Positions 35,632 through 47,802 of a stretch of DNA of 64,000 nt are shown piece by piece. This DNA is from Monodelphis domestica. Its lineage: Eukaryota. Under the pieces are notes generated by a model, which was given only the letters and a program-made list of their open reading frames with translations, ran no database searches and was not told where the DNA came from. Position 1 is the stretch's first letter; the number at the start of each line of letters is the position of its first letter. The stretch is from positions 136,113,080-136,177,079 of the forward strand of contig NC_077233.1 in assembly GCF_027887165.1 (NCBI RefSeq), written 5' to 3'. The position numbers and the translations under genes were made by a program.

Positions 35632-35884
35632 ATAGTTTGCATCTATTTAATACTTTATGCATCACTTTCCTCAAGATGCCTTTGTGAAATAAATGGTACA
35701 CAGTTTAAATATTGGCGTCAATTTATAGATGAGGAAACTGAGGTTTGGAGAAGTTAAATGACTGGTAGAAGGTCATACAACTAGGAAATTTAGGAGCTGA
35801 AATACGGACCAAAATTCAGTATTCTTCTGTTATACTAAGTTGCTTCTTGTGATTGTTCATCTTACCTCATTAAGTGCTTTCTTT

Positions 35885-36095
35885 TTTAAACCCTTACCTT
35901 CCTTCTTGGAATCAATACTGTGTATTGGTTCCAAGGCAGAAGAGTGGTAAGGGCTAGGCAATGGGGGTTAAGTGACTTGCCCAGGGTCACACAGCTAGGA
36001 AGTGCCTGAGACCAGATTGGAACCCAGGACCTCCCGTCTCTAGGCCTTGCTCTCAATCTGCTGAGCTACTCAGCTGCTCCCTCACTAAGTGTTTT
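35885..36095 (-). mobile_element. MAR1-type SINE (reverse)
   Basis: ...ggtaagggctaggcaatgggggttaagtgacttgcccagggtcacacagctaggaagtgcctgagaccagattggaacccaggacctcc... Confidence 0.75.
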
Positions 36096-36589
36096 CTGTT
36101 TGCATAGCACTGTGCTAAGATCAGAAGGAGATACAAAGTTTGGAAAAGATATGGAATTTATCAGAAGGGTTTCCCCATTGTGTTTTAGAGTCTTGTATAT
36201 AGCAGAGGTTCAGTGGGAGTTTTATTGAATAAAATGAGACATAAAGTAAGATCACTGGACTGGGAATTAGAAGAGTTATGTGATTTTAGTCAGGTCACTT
36301 TAACTTCTTGAGGTTTTAATTTATGAACTGCTGAGTAGAATTTTTCTCTTAATTGCTTCGCATATGTGTCATAAGGTTCAACCCTAAACATTTGCAAAAG
36401 ACTCTTCTCATTCATGGAGAGAATGCTTCCTTGAGGAGCATCTAGAGCTTGGGAGATGAGAGTTCATTTGTCTTCTGTCTTCCAGAGAGGACACACTTTG
36501 ACCCAAGTTCTTTCTTTGGAGAGGCACTTAGAGGGAGAGAAAGACTCTGGGAAGGAATTGACATGGAGAGGAGCCAGTATCTAGAATAT

Positions 36590-37720
36590 CCCTGATTTCC
36601 AGCTTGCTAAAATAGAAACTTTACTTGTTTCCAATTTTACTTGTTTCCAATTAAGTTTTACTTTTTCTTTCTACCTTCTCTTATTATATACAATTTTTTA
36701 TTGCATTATGGTCCAAAAAGGATGCATTTAATAGTTATGCTCTTCTATATTTAACAATAATGTTTTTATGCCCTAATATATGGTCAATTTCTGTAAAGGT
36801 GCCATGTATGGCTGAGAAAGCATATTTACTTTTATTCCCATTCAATTCTCTTCAGATATCTCTCTTATTTAACTTATTTAAGATTCTGTTAATCTCTTTA
36901 ACTTCTTTCTTATTTATTTTTGGATAGATTCATCTAGTTCTGAGAGGGGAAAATTAAAGTCTCCCACTATTATTATTTTGTTATCTCTTTCCCATCTATA
37001 ACTAATTTAGTTTTTCCTTTAAAAATATGAATCCTATAACTCTTGGTGCACACAGGTCTAATACTGATAATTCTTCATTATCCATGGTACTCTCTAACAT
37101 AATATTTACCCTGTTCATTCCTTCCAATTATATCCATCTGTGCAGGTGGAAAATTTGCCACAGCTGAGCTACATTCCCAGCATCTTTTTAAGTTACATCC
37201 TCATTTTATGTATGAATGCTTGGGAAATAAATTTGGCTGAGACCCACACTGTGGAGCTCTTTTTTTGGAGCTTGTGCTTTTGGTAAAGTGTTGCAGGTGT
37301 GTCTCTCTGGCTCTCTTTGCTCTGCTCACTTGACTGAACGAACCCTTTTTCTTTTCCTTCTCTTTTGATTTATTAAAAATCCTATATATTTTTAAATACT
37401 AGGAGTATTTATTCATTTTTACTCCTATACATCTTAGCCCTAACTCTATCAGAGATCATGACTGCTACCTCTGCCTTCTTTGGATCAGCTGAGGCATAGT
37501 ATATTCTGAGCCAGTCCCTCATCTTCATATTATGTGTGTCTCTCATTTTCTGTGTGTTTCTTGTAAATTACACATTGTCAGGCCCTGTCTTTTGATCTAT
37601 TCTACTATCTATTTTCATTTCGTGGGTGAATTAATTCCATTCATACTCAATGTCATAGATACTAGCTGTGCATTTCCATCAACTCCAAGAAGAAAAAAAT
37701 TAGTTTCCTCTTAGAACCTT
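36590..37720 (-). mobile_element. L1 ORF2 N-terminal (endonuclease) fragment, reverse orientation
   Basis: rc translation gives TFTEIDHILGHKNIIVKYRRA (compare human L1 EN ...YSKIDHIVGSKALLSKCKRTEI). The plus-strand ORF 37532-37714 (FVGELIPFILNVIDTSCAFP) is homologous to the antisense of the L1 ORF2 start at 40.5-40.8 kb. Confidence 0.6.
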
Positions 37721-38139
37721 AGAGTTTTCAAAGGAAATTAAAGAAGTTGAATAAGAAAAAACAGACATCCTGGGGGTAAAAAAAAAAGGAAAGGGGAAAA
37801 GAGAAATGCATTAGTATAGGAGGAAGAAAAAGGAGACATTATTTATCATTGAGATGCATGAGAAAAGTCTACAAATATGGAAGAAGGGGTGGGGAAACAG
37901 GTATTCATTGAACCTCTGAATCTTATCTTAACTGGACAAAGAAGGATTGAACACATATATACACACCAAGAGTTTGGTGTAGGAATAACAGACTCCATAG
38001 GGAAAATGGGGATAGGGAAGGGGAGTTGAAGAAGTATAAGTATAATTCTTGGAGTAATTAAACAAATTTCTGGATCCTGAAAAGGGAGGAGGGAGAAGAA
38101 AAAGAAAAGAAAGAAAATCTAAGGGAGTACTTTAGATGG

Positions 38140-38460
38140 CCTCAGATTATTGGAGAATCAAAAAACAAGTTATGGCATGTCATTGTAATGGAATGTTATT
38201 ATACCTGTAATGGGTAAATTTAAAATTCACATACCATAAGAAATGATGAAAGAGATAATTCAGAGAATTCTAGGTAAAATAAGCTGATGCAGAATGAAGT
38301 GAGCAGAACTAGGAGAACAGTTTATAAGAGGACAGTAACATCGTAAAGAATAACAACACAGACAAACTTAAGAATTCTGATCAATGCAATGACCAACCAT
38401 GTATCTAGAGATATTTATTTCTATGATGAAACATATTACCAATTTCCTGATAGAGAAGTA
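38140..38460 (+). mobile_element. L1 ORF2 C-terminus/3'UTR fragment (plus), abutting the 5' end of the next L1
   Basis: Collinear homology to 41.82-42.08 kb of the downstream L1 (…atggaatgttattatacctgtaatgg… / …cagaatgaagtgagcagaactaggagaac…). Confidence 0.5.
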
Positions 38461-38469
38461 CTGAATAAA

Positions 38470-41400
38470 AGATGAAGAGGGGAGAAGCAGCTGGAGAGAA
38501 CTGGAGAGAGCCTGGGCGGCCCAGCCTTCCAGGAGTCTTCAGAGCCTCAGTGCTTCATACCACATACAGCCCAAACCAATTGAACTCAATCCAATCAAAA
38601 GCCTCCAGAGGACAGGGAAGCTAACATTCCTCCCCTAGAGACTGTACCAAGAGATCTGACAAAGCTCCAAGAGGGGAGACTGACAGCCCCAAAACCAAAA
38701 CAAAATGAGAGGAGCAAGAGCACAGCCAAATACGGGGAGCAAAGAAGGGGTAAACTCGAGCAAACAACAGAAAAAGAAGAAAGAAATTACAATAGACAGC
38801 TTCTGCACAGGTAATGAGCAAAGAGCAAATGAAGCAGAGGGGGAGGACCCAGCAAAGAAAAAAACAGAAATCCCAGGGAATTGGATACAGGCTTTGGAAG
38901 AACTCAAAATGCAATTCAAAACACAATTAAGAGAGGCTGAAGACAATTGGGAAAATAACTTAAAAACTAAGATAAGTCATCTGGAAACAGAAAATAGTGT
39001 CTTGAAAGCCAAAATCAACCAGCTGGAAAATGAGGCAAAGCAGATGAAAGATGAGGCAAAGCAGATGAAAGATGAGGTGAAGAAGATGAAAGATGACCTT
39101 CAAAGAAAATCCAACCAAAAGGAAAAGGACGACCAAAAAACTAAGGATGAAATCCAGTCTTTAAGAACCAGAATACAACATCTTGAATCGAGCGACCTCA
39201 CAAGGCAGCAAGACACTATAAAACAAAACCAAAAGAATGAAGAAATTGAGGAAAATATTAAGCATCTCATTCACAAAACAGAGGATTTAGAAAATCGTTT
39301 AAGGAGAGACAATTTAAGAATTATTGGCCTACCAGAAGACCATGACAAAAGAAAAAGCCTGGACATTATATTATAGGAAATTATTAAAGAAAACTACCCC
39401 GAAATCCTTGAACAAGAGGGAAAAGTGGAGATTGATAGAATCCACAGATCACCTCCTGTACTTAATCCCAAACTGACAACACCCAGGAATGTTATAGCCA
39501 AATTCAAGAACTATAAGACCAAAGAAAAGATATTACAAGCTGCCAAGAAGAAGTCATTCAGATACCAAGGAACCACAGTGAGGATAACTCAGGATCTGGC
39601 TGCATCCACACTGAAAAAAAGAAAGGCATGGAATACGATATTCTGGAAAGCAAGGGAACTAGGTCTACAACCAAGAATCAACTACCCATCAAAACTGACT
39701 ATATTCTTACAGAGGAAAGTATGGTCATTCAACAAAATAGAAGAATTCCAAGAATTCGTAAAGAAAAGACCAGACCTGAACAGAAAATTTGATGTCCAAG
39801 CACAGAACTCAAGAGAATCATCAAAAGGTAATTAAAAAAGAGGGGAAAAAAGAAAAACAAAAAAAATTTTAAGAGACTCAATAAGTTAAAATGATATGTA
39901 TCCCTATAAGAAAAGAGGTCATTGGTAACTCTTAAAAACTGTTGTTATTAGCTGGGCAGCAAAAAGAAGTATACTTAGAGGGAACAGCAACAAACTGTAT
40001 AGGATGAAAGGACAAGACATAAATAGGTATATAGATATATGCATGCAAAAATACATACGCATGAGTATGCATATATATATATATAACTAGAGCTTAAAAA
40101 TAGGTTAATATTAAAAGAAATGGGAAAAGAAACAAATGGGGGTAAATTTATATGTCATAAAGAAGCTCATGGTGGGAGGGGGGAGAACATCAATACACTG
40201 GAAGGGTAAAGAGGTCAGAGACAGGAAATACTCAACTTTTATGTGCTTTGAAAGTGACTCAAAGAGGGAAAAACAATCCAATCCATTGGGGGCAGAGAAT
40301 AGATTTGCACCCTATAGGAGAGTAGAAGGGTAACAAACGGTCTGGTGGGGAGGGAAGCAGTACAAGAGAGGGAGGGAGCGGGGGGGGGGGGCAGTTAATT
40401 TTAGAAAGACTACAGGGAAAATAATGGGGGGATAAATAGGGAGGGGGGTAGAAAGGGAAGTAAAATAAGGGTGGGAACAAGGGGGACTGTTCAAAAGCAA
40501 ACATTGGTGTAGAAGGAAATAGTGAAAGAAGAAAAGGCAGGTAAAGGAGCAGAAATCAAAATGCTGGGAAATACACAGCTAGTAATCATAACTCTGAATG
40601 TGAATGGAATGAACTCACCCATAAAATGCAAGCGAATAGCAGAGTGGATTAGAGTCCAAAACCCTACCATATGCTGTCTAGAAGAAACACATATGAGAAA
40701 GGTAGATAGATACACATAGGGTGAAAGTAAGAGGGTGGAGCCAAATCTATTGGGCATCAACTGACAAAAAGAAGGAAAAAATGCAAAGGAAGGAGGACTT
40801 GCAGTCCCAGATCTCAAACTATACAATAAAGCAGTGGTTATCAAAACAATTTGGTACTGGCTAAGAGACAGAAAGGAGGATCAGTGGAATAGACTTGGCG
40901 TAAATGATCTCAGCAAGACAATTTATGACAAACCCAAAGACCCCAGCTTTTGGGACAAAAATCCATTATTTGATAAAAACTGCTGGGAAAATTGGAAGAC
41001 AGTGTGGGAGAGATTAGGTTTGGATCAACACCTCACACCCTACACCAAGATAAATTCAGAATGGGTGAAGGACTTGAACATAAAGAAGGAAACTATAAGT
41101 AAATTAGGTGAACACAGAATAGTATACCTGTTAGACCTTTGGGAAGGGAAAGATTTTAAAACCAAGCAAGACTTAGAAAGAGTCACAAAATGTAAAATAA
41201 ATAATTTTGACTACATCAAATTAAAAAGGTTTTGTACAAACAAAACCAATGTAACTAAAATCAGAAGGGTAGCAACAAATTGGGAAACAATCTTCATAAA
41301 AACCTCTGACAAAGGTTTAATTACTCAAATTTACAAAGAGCTAAATCAATTGTACCAAAAATCAAGCCATTCTCCAATTGCTAAATGGGAAAGGAACATG

Positions 41401-42350
41401 AACAGGCAGTTCTCAGCCAAAGAAATCAAAACTATTAATAAGCACATGAAAAAGTGTTCTATATCTCTTATAATCAGAGAGATGCAAATCAAAACAACTC
41501 TGAGGTATCACCTCACACCTAGCAGATTGGCTAACATAACAGCTATGGAAAGTAATGAATGCTGGAGAGGATGTGGCAAAGTAGGAACACTAATTCATTG
41601 CTGGTGGAGTTGTGAATTAATCCAACCATTCTGGAGGGCAATTTGGAACTATGCCCAAAGGGTGATAAAAGAATGTCTGCCCTTTGATCCAGCCATAGCA
41701 CTACTGGGTTTGTACCCCAAAGAGATAATAAGGAAAAAGACTTGTACAAGAATATTCGTAGCTGCACTCTTTGTGGTGGCCAAAAATTGGAAAATGAGGG
41801 GATGCCCTTCAATTGGGGAATGGCTGAACAAATTGTGGTATATGTTGGTGATGGGATACTATTGTGCTAAAAGGAATAATAAAGTGGAGGAATTCTATGG
41901 AGACTGGAACAACCTCCAGGAAGTGATGCAGAGCGAGAGGAGCAGAACCAGGAAAACACATTGTACACAGAGACTGATACATTGTGGTACAATCGAAGGT
42001 GATGGACTTCTCAATGCAATGTCCCTGAACAATCTGCAGGGATCTAAAAAAACACTATCCACAAGCAGAAGATAAACTGTGGGAGTAAAAATACCGATGA
42101 AAAGCAACTGCTTGACTACAGGGTTGGAGGGGATATGACTGAGGAGAAACTCTAAATGAACACTCTAATGCAAATACCAACAACATGGAAATGGGTTTGA
42201 ATCAAGAACACATGTGATACCCAGTGGAATTGCGTGTGGGCTATGGGAGAGGTGGTGGGAGGGAGAGGAGGGAAAAAAAGAAAATGATCTCTGTTTCCAA
42301 TGAATAATGTTTGGAAATGACCAAATAAAATTAAAAAAAAAAGATGAAGA
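38470..42350 (+). mobile_element. L1 (LINE-1) element of about 3.9 kb. Parts: 5'UTR; ORF1 (38705-39376, then 39425-39835 after an in-frame stop); ORF2 start (40522-40719, ITLNVNGMNSPIKCKRIAEWIRVQNPTICCLEETH); about 2.5-kb internal ORF2 deletion near 40.78 kb; ORF2 C-terminus (40834-42075); 3'UTR with AATAAA and A-run at about 42325-42348.
   Basis: ORF1p hallmarks: coiled coil plus RRDNLRIIGLPE. ORF2 EN N-terminus and C-terminal cysteine-rich region (HCWWSCELIQPFW) are present. The RT domain is absent, so the element is not autonomous. Confidence 0.85.
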
Positions 42351-43439
42351 GACATATATTTTTAGACATAATAACTGGATTCACTTTCCTTGTCTATATA
42401 AATTTGTATTCTGTATTCTTTCTTTTAGTTTTTAATGGAGGGGGCTTTGGAGGAGAGGATAGATTAACAATAGTGTTGCCCCCCCCCAAAAAAAAGGCCA
42501 ATTGAGACATTATTTAGAAGATGCAGAGAGAATTTCAGAAGGAAGTTACAAAGGAAGCACAGAAAAGCAGGACAGTATTGAAAGTAATGTGTGGAATTTA
42601 TTATATACTTTTAAAAAAGCAATGGGTATGAAATAGACAACGTTTCACAGGTTCTCCTATGTAAATGGAAAGATTTTTTTTAGGGTGTTTATGTTCAGAT
42701 AAAAAAATACCTTCCCTACCATACCCCTCAAAAAAATCCCCTCTCTCTTCAAGCAGTACCTCTATCTCAGCAAAAAATCCTCATAAATCACTTTTAGCTT
42801 AGTTGAGGGACTGACTTATGGGAATGCATAAATTAGAAATAATATTAACTGGCTAAAGAAGTTGGGGGGTAGGGTTCACTCATAAATGATAAAGCTACTC
42901 TCTTCCCTTTCTGTAGTTTTCAAACTATGGGACAATTCTCTCACAGCAGGCAGCTAAAATCATTGGACATTTTGGAGTACCACTTTCACAAATGCTTCTA
43001 CCTGGAAACCCTTCACGCTATGAGTGAATAAAGGGTTCTCCTTTGTATCAAAGAAAAACGATACAATTAAAAAAATATTTTTTCTTAACAGCTTCCTTTG
43101 AGACAGGATTTTCTGATGTGGCTATTATAAAGACAAAATTACCATCTTTATTAATAGTCAAAATAGTGGCCATCATCTCAATGACATCTAGTTTTGGGAA
43201 ACTGCACTCCAAATAAGTCTATCCTCACATGAATAAATATTATGATTATTTTAAAACTCATAAATATGAAACATGAAAAGGATTTTTTATCAATAAATAT
43301 GTTATCTTAAGAATATTTAAGATTATGGTATTTTGTTGTCATAAAATGTACATTATTTTTTATTTTAAATAAATAGAAGCGAAGAAATTTATTTGCATAG
43401 ATTTTTTTTAATGAAAAGTGTTTTCTTTCTTAAAAAAGG

Positions 43440-43980
43440 GACCCCTTCGTTAAGTTCTTAAGATGAACTTGAGTGAGACCCTCCTACACTAAACCCGCGT
43501 GCAAAGACGCGACCTCCTTTCCTTGACGTTCTGGGAATACCAGGGGCCCTCAGGTGGCGCTCGAGAGTCAAACCGCTCCGGTCGCCAATGCGCATGCCTC
43601 CCTTACTTCTTCCGCCTATCCCTCTAGAGAAGCCGCAGTGCGTTTGCGTAGATTGGGTCAGCACCTAACTTCCGGGCAGCGCTGCCGAGATGGGGCGGCG
43701 GAGGGGTCCGGGAGCCGAATAGAGCCGAGTTGGGGCGGGGGGAGAACGGGGTGGGCGGGAGGGAGGGGGAGGGGTAGGGGCGGGAGGGAGGAGGGGTGGG
43801 GAATTGAAAGGCTCGCGTATAGGGGCGGGGTCAGAGGACCTGGGTCCGAGGTTTCGGCTGTGACTTGGGTCTGGGGTGGGGGTGGGGGGGTGGCCTGGGG
43901 CCTGGGCCTGAGTAACTCCGCTGCTGCCGCTGTCATCTCCATCCCTGCAGCCGCAGCCGTCGGCAGCGGGAGTGGTTAGC
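43440..43980 (+). promoter_or_regulatory. KCTD13: KCTD13 CpG-island promoter / 5'UTR (CCAAT box 43585-43589, NRF1-like GCGCATGC 43590-43597, multiple GGGGCGGG GC boxes 43730-43810)
   Basis: Abrupt switch from AT-rich repeats to GC/CpG-rich sequence immediately 5' of the KCTD13 ATG. Confidence 0.7.
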
Positions 43981-44257
43981 ATGTCGGCCGAAGCCACGGG
44001 CACGGGATCCCCTGCCGCCCCCTCCCCTGGGGGTCCCGAGCCCCCAGGCCCGTCACTGCCGCCCACATCTCCTACCCCCGGGGCGGCGGGCGGGGGCGCC
44101 GCCTATGACCTCAAGCCGCTGAGCCCGAGTAGCAAGTATGTGAAGCTGAATGTGGGGGGCTCGCTCCACTATACCACGCTGCAGACCCTGACCAAGCAGG
44201 ACACCATGCTTAAAGCTATGTTCAGTGGCCGCATGGAGGTGCTCACAGACTCCGAAG
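43981..44257 (+). CDS. KCTD13: KCTD13 coding exon 1 ([93 protein letters not shown])
   Basis: ATG at 43981. It matches the KCTD13 N-terminus and the start of the BTB domain. Donor gtaccc at 44258-44263; phase 1. Confidence 0.9.
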
Positions 44258-44439
44258 GTACCCGGGTTTGGGGCCGGGGCAGGGCAAAACAAGTGGGGCT
44301 ACGCGGACCGGACCCGCGTGCAGCTATCCTGCGAACCTGAAAACTCCTTGGGGCACGAAGTCTTGTTCGTCAGTTGTTTCTGCCCCGCACACCATAATAG
44401 GTGCTCACTTAAAAAAGCTGCTTGGTGTCCTGGGGAAAT

Positions 44440-44570
44440 CAAACGAAAGAGGTTCGAGTCCAGGCTCTATCACTATACCTTTGTGATTGGAAGTCACTTA
44501 ACCCCTTGAGACCTCAGTTTCCTCGTCTATAAAATGTTAGGCTAGATGACCTAAATTTTCTTGTCTCTAA
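44440..44570 (+). repeat. MIR fragment in KCTD13 intron 1
   Basis: ...gtcacttaaccccttgagacctcagtttcctcgtctataaaatg... Confidence 0.6.
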
Positions 44571-45600
44571 AACCTTTGGTCCTTTAAATATGTGAGAAAC
44601 AAAAAATGGGAAAGGTACTCAGAGTTTGCAAGTAACCTCTATTAAAAGATGAGGCCTTTGGAACTCATTATTTTATAGCAAGGAGGAATGACCATCAACA
44701 AAAAGTTACCTGTGCTTTCTTCAAATATTAATAGCACATCTTTAGGTATACTATGTCCTTCATGTAGAGGGCAGTCTTTTGAGGGGAAATAAGTTATATT
44801 TACTAGATATGAAAATTATTACTATTAGAGAGACCTATGGCCATCTGTGTAGGATTTTCCCTGATGGCAAAAATGTGAAATTAAGGGCATGTTTGGCCCC
44901 AACTTCTGGGACTGGGTTGGTGTTGCCTACTTATCTCAAGAGGTAGGAGTGAGTAGGATCCCAACAAAGATGAAAGGGAAGACAGCTGTTGGTAGATGTG
45001 TGTAGGGGGGGTGGAGAGTGTAGTAGTAGGAATGCCACAGCCTTGCAATTGGGGGAAGGGAAATTGGTATTGAATGAAGAATAAAAGCAGCTGTTCCATA
45101 TGCTGCCAAGGGATATTATGCCTTTGTTTCTATAGAAGCCCAGGAGTTGGGGGCTGGGGTGGTAGTCTTTCCAGTGTACTTGATCCCACCAAGAAGGTGG
45201 AAGAAACCCATTGAAGGAACATATTAAGAACTGGGAAGTTTGGGTAATATAGACACAAAATCTTGCTGAATAGAAAGATTTTGTGCTTAGGTCAGTGGTT
45301 ACTTCACCTTACGTAACTCTCACCAGGTATCCTGAGTATTTTAACTTTTAAGATGGATACCAACTTTCATCAAAAGGTGAAGTCTGTGGAGCTAATAATA
45401 GTAAGAAGGAATCATCAACAAAAAACTGCTAAGACTTTTCTTCAAGTGCTAATATTCTATCCTTAGGACAATGATAAATTATGTTATCCTCTCCAGAAAG
45501 AAGGCAGTTTTTTTTTTAAAGGATATTTATTTGTTTGGCATGGAAATAATTAAAAGAGGAAAATCTTTCCCTTCTTCCTCCCTGCCTTTTCCTCTTTTAG

Positions 45601-45770
45601 GTTGGGTGCTGATTGACAGGAGTGGACGTCATTTTGGGACAATTCTGAACTACCTTCGGGATGGGTCAGTGCCTCTGCCAGAGGGTCCTCGGGAACTGGG
45701 CGAGCTATTGGGTGAAGCTCGATACTACTTGGTGCAAGGGCTAGCTGAGGATTGCCAGTTGGCTCTACAG
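45601..45770 (+). CDS. KCTD13: KCTD13 coding exon 2 ([57 protein letters not shown])
   Basis: AG at 45599-45600; donor gtaata at 45771. Near-identical to human KCTD13. Confidence 0.93.
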
Positions 45771-46831
45771 GTAATACCACATGTCTTTCCATCTTTCCCT
45801 ATATCTGTTTGTTGACCCCTTGAGGGCCACATAAAGAAACTATTTTGTCTCCAGCCAGTTCTCTCCCACACTGCATCATCCCTCATTTGACTTCCTATGT
45901 CATATTATCTGCAATAGTAACCAATATAAACTGTAGGGAGTGATATGTGAGTGAGGGAACCAGGGGCTTGTGGCCTACTCTTTTGAGAACACTGTGTTCC
46001 CATCCTAGCTCAGTGTCCACAAAACTGTTTAACCTCTCTGGAACTCTGGACAGTTTCTTGTAAAAGAAATAGATGGGACTAGTTCTAATGTCCTTTTTAG
46101 CTCTAGAAGAATAATTAACATGTACATACTACTTTTAAGATTCACAAAGCATCCCATTTTCCTTCCCCAAAAGCCTGTGAAGTAAGTAGTATAAACACCT
46201 CCATTTTATAGTCGAGGAAACTGAGGCCCAAAAATGTAAGGTGATTTGACCATATCTAGTATTAGAGCCAGAACATGAACTCTGGGCTCCTGGCTCCCAA
46301 GTATCTCATCTTTTCTGGTCTACCATATTGCTTTTCATTTTGTAATAATAGATAGGGTGTCTTTGTGCCATTTAAAGAGCACTTAAAATGGCACTACATT
46401 TGAGGCATTTCTGTATTTTTATAACATTCAAAATGTTCATTTATAACACAAGATAATTCTGTAGAGTAATCAGGCTCATTATTTTCCCCCTTTTCACAGT
46501 TAAGGAAGTAAGGAAGTATACTGAGAGGTAAAGTCACTTACACTAATTCTTTTAACAGCAAGTGGCAGAACCCTGATTATATCCCAGTGTCCTATCTACT
46601 GCAGTATATTGCCTCTCATGCTCTGACTTATTTTCCCAAAGCTCTTTCTCCATTTTTGTGTTTCTTGATAGTCATAGGACTCTGAAAAGAGTTCTTGCTC
46701 TGAGTGATAGGGAAAAGAGAAATAGAGGTAGCTGAGTTTCATACTTGATTCCTCAAACCCCAATTCTTCTTACCATACTCCCTACCCCCATCTCCTCTGT
46801 CAGATGGCAACTAACCTTTCTCTTTCTCCAG

Positions 46832-46921
46832 CAAAAGAGTGAGAGCCTTTCTCCACTCTGCCTTATCCCCATGGTGACATCTCCACGGGAGGAGCAGCAG
46901 CTTCTGGCTAGCACCTCTAAG
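46832..46921 (+). CDS. KCTD13: KCTD13 coding exon 3 (QKSESLSPLCLIPMVTSPREEQQLLASTSK)
   Basis: AG at 46830-46831; donor gtgagg at 46922. 90 nt, phase 0. Confidence 0.92.
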
Positions 46922-47006
46922 GTGAGGCACCAGTATGTAGGGAAGGGTTGGCTTTCCTGAACTCAGCTTGACCATTTTTTCCTATCCTTTCTTTCTTCTC
47001 TTTCAG

Positions 47007-47059
47007 CCAGTGGTAAAGCTGCTGCACAATCGAAGTAACAACAAGTATTCTTACACCAG
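47007..47059 (+). CDS. KCTD13: KCTD13 coding exon 4 (PVVKLLHNRSNNKYSYT-S)
   Basis: AG at 47005-47006; donor gtgagg at 47060. 53 nt. Confidence 0.9.
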
Positions 47060-47272
47060 GTGAGGGAGAGCTCTGACCTGGCCCTCCAGTTCTCAACCCT
47101 ATTCCCTTTCTTAACAAAGACCATAGTCTTATTGCCCTTATCTCTTTTTCAACTCTACTCCCAATGCCTAAAACTCTTCCTTGGATTGGATAAGCTAGTA
47201 CTCATCAAATGATGAGTTGGTTTGGATGCTGGAATCTGACTGCCTTTTGCTACCCACTTCTCTAATCCCCAG

Positions 47273-47468
47273 CACGTCGGATGACAACCTACTAAAGAAC
47301 ATTGAGCTCTTCGACAAGCTGGCATTGCGCTTCCATGGGCGGCTGCTCTTTCTCAAAGATGTACTGGGTGATGAGATCTGCTGCTGGTCTTTTTATGGAC
47401 AGGGCCGAAAGATTGCTGAAGTCTGCTGTACCTCCATTGTCTATGCCACTGAGAAGAAGCAAACCAAG
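47273..47468 (+). CDS. KCTD13: KCTD13 coding exon 5 ([65 protein letters not shown])
   Basis: AG at 47271-47272; donor gtcaag at 47469. Identical to human over most of its length. Confidence 0.92.
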
Positions 47469-47802
47469 GTCAAGGATGAGCCTCAGATTTGAGGGTGGGA
47501 AAGGGCTACTTTAGCACTCCCAGCCATTAAGGAAGCAGTGTAATAGGCATCAGTGTGATTAGCAGAGGAGAAGACTATTGCATTGAAAATAAGGTGGTTT
47601 TGGGAGTGGAGATACCTCTCCCTTTATCTCTCCATCCCTCCTTTCTCTTCTCCTTTCCTCCCTCTCCTTTCTTTTCCTCTTCCTTCTCCCCTCTTCCTCC
47701 CACTCTCTTTCTCTTTGGATGAGACCAAAACTGCTGAGAGATGGGACAGTCTTGGCCTCATAACTCTTCAGAGTTAGTTAATCTTAATTTTAACACTCAC
47801 AG

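Noticed and set aside
43554-44340. ORFs antisense to or overlapping KCTD13 exon 1 (43665-44066 minus at 133 aa; 43554-43979 plus at 141 aa)
   Set aside because: They are GC-rich and low-complexity, in the KCTD13 CpG island. The genuine KCTD13 frame is the one giving the BTB-domain sequence.
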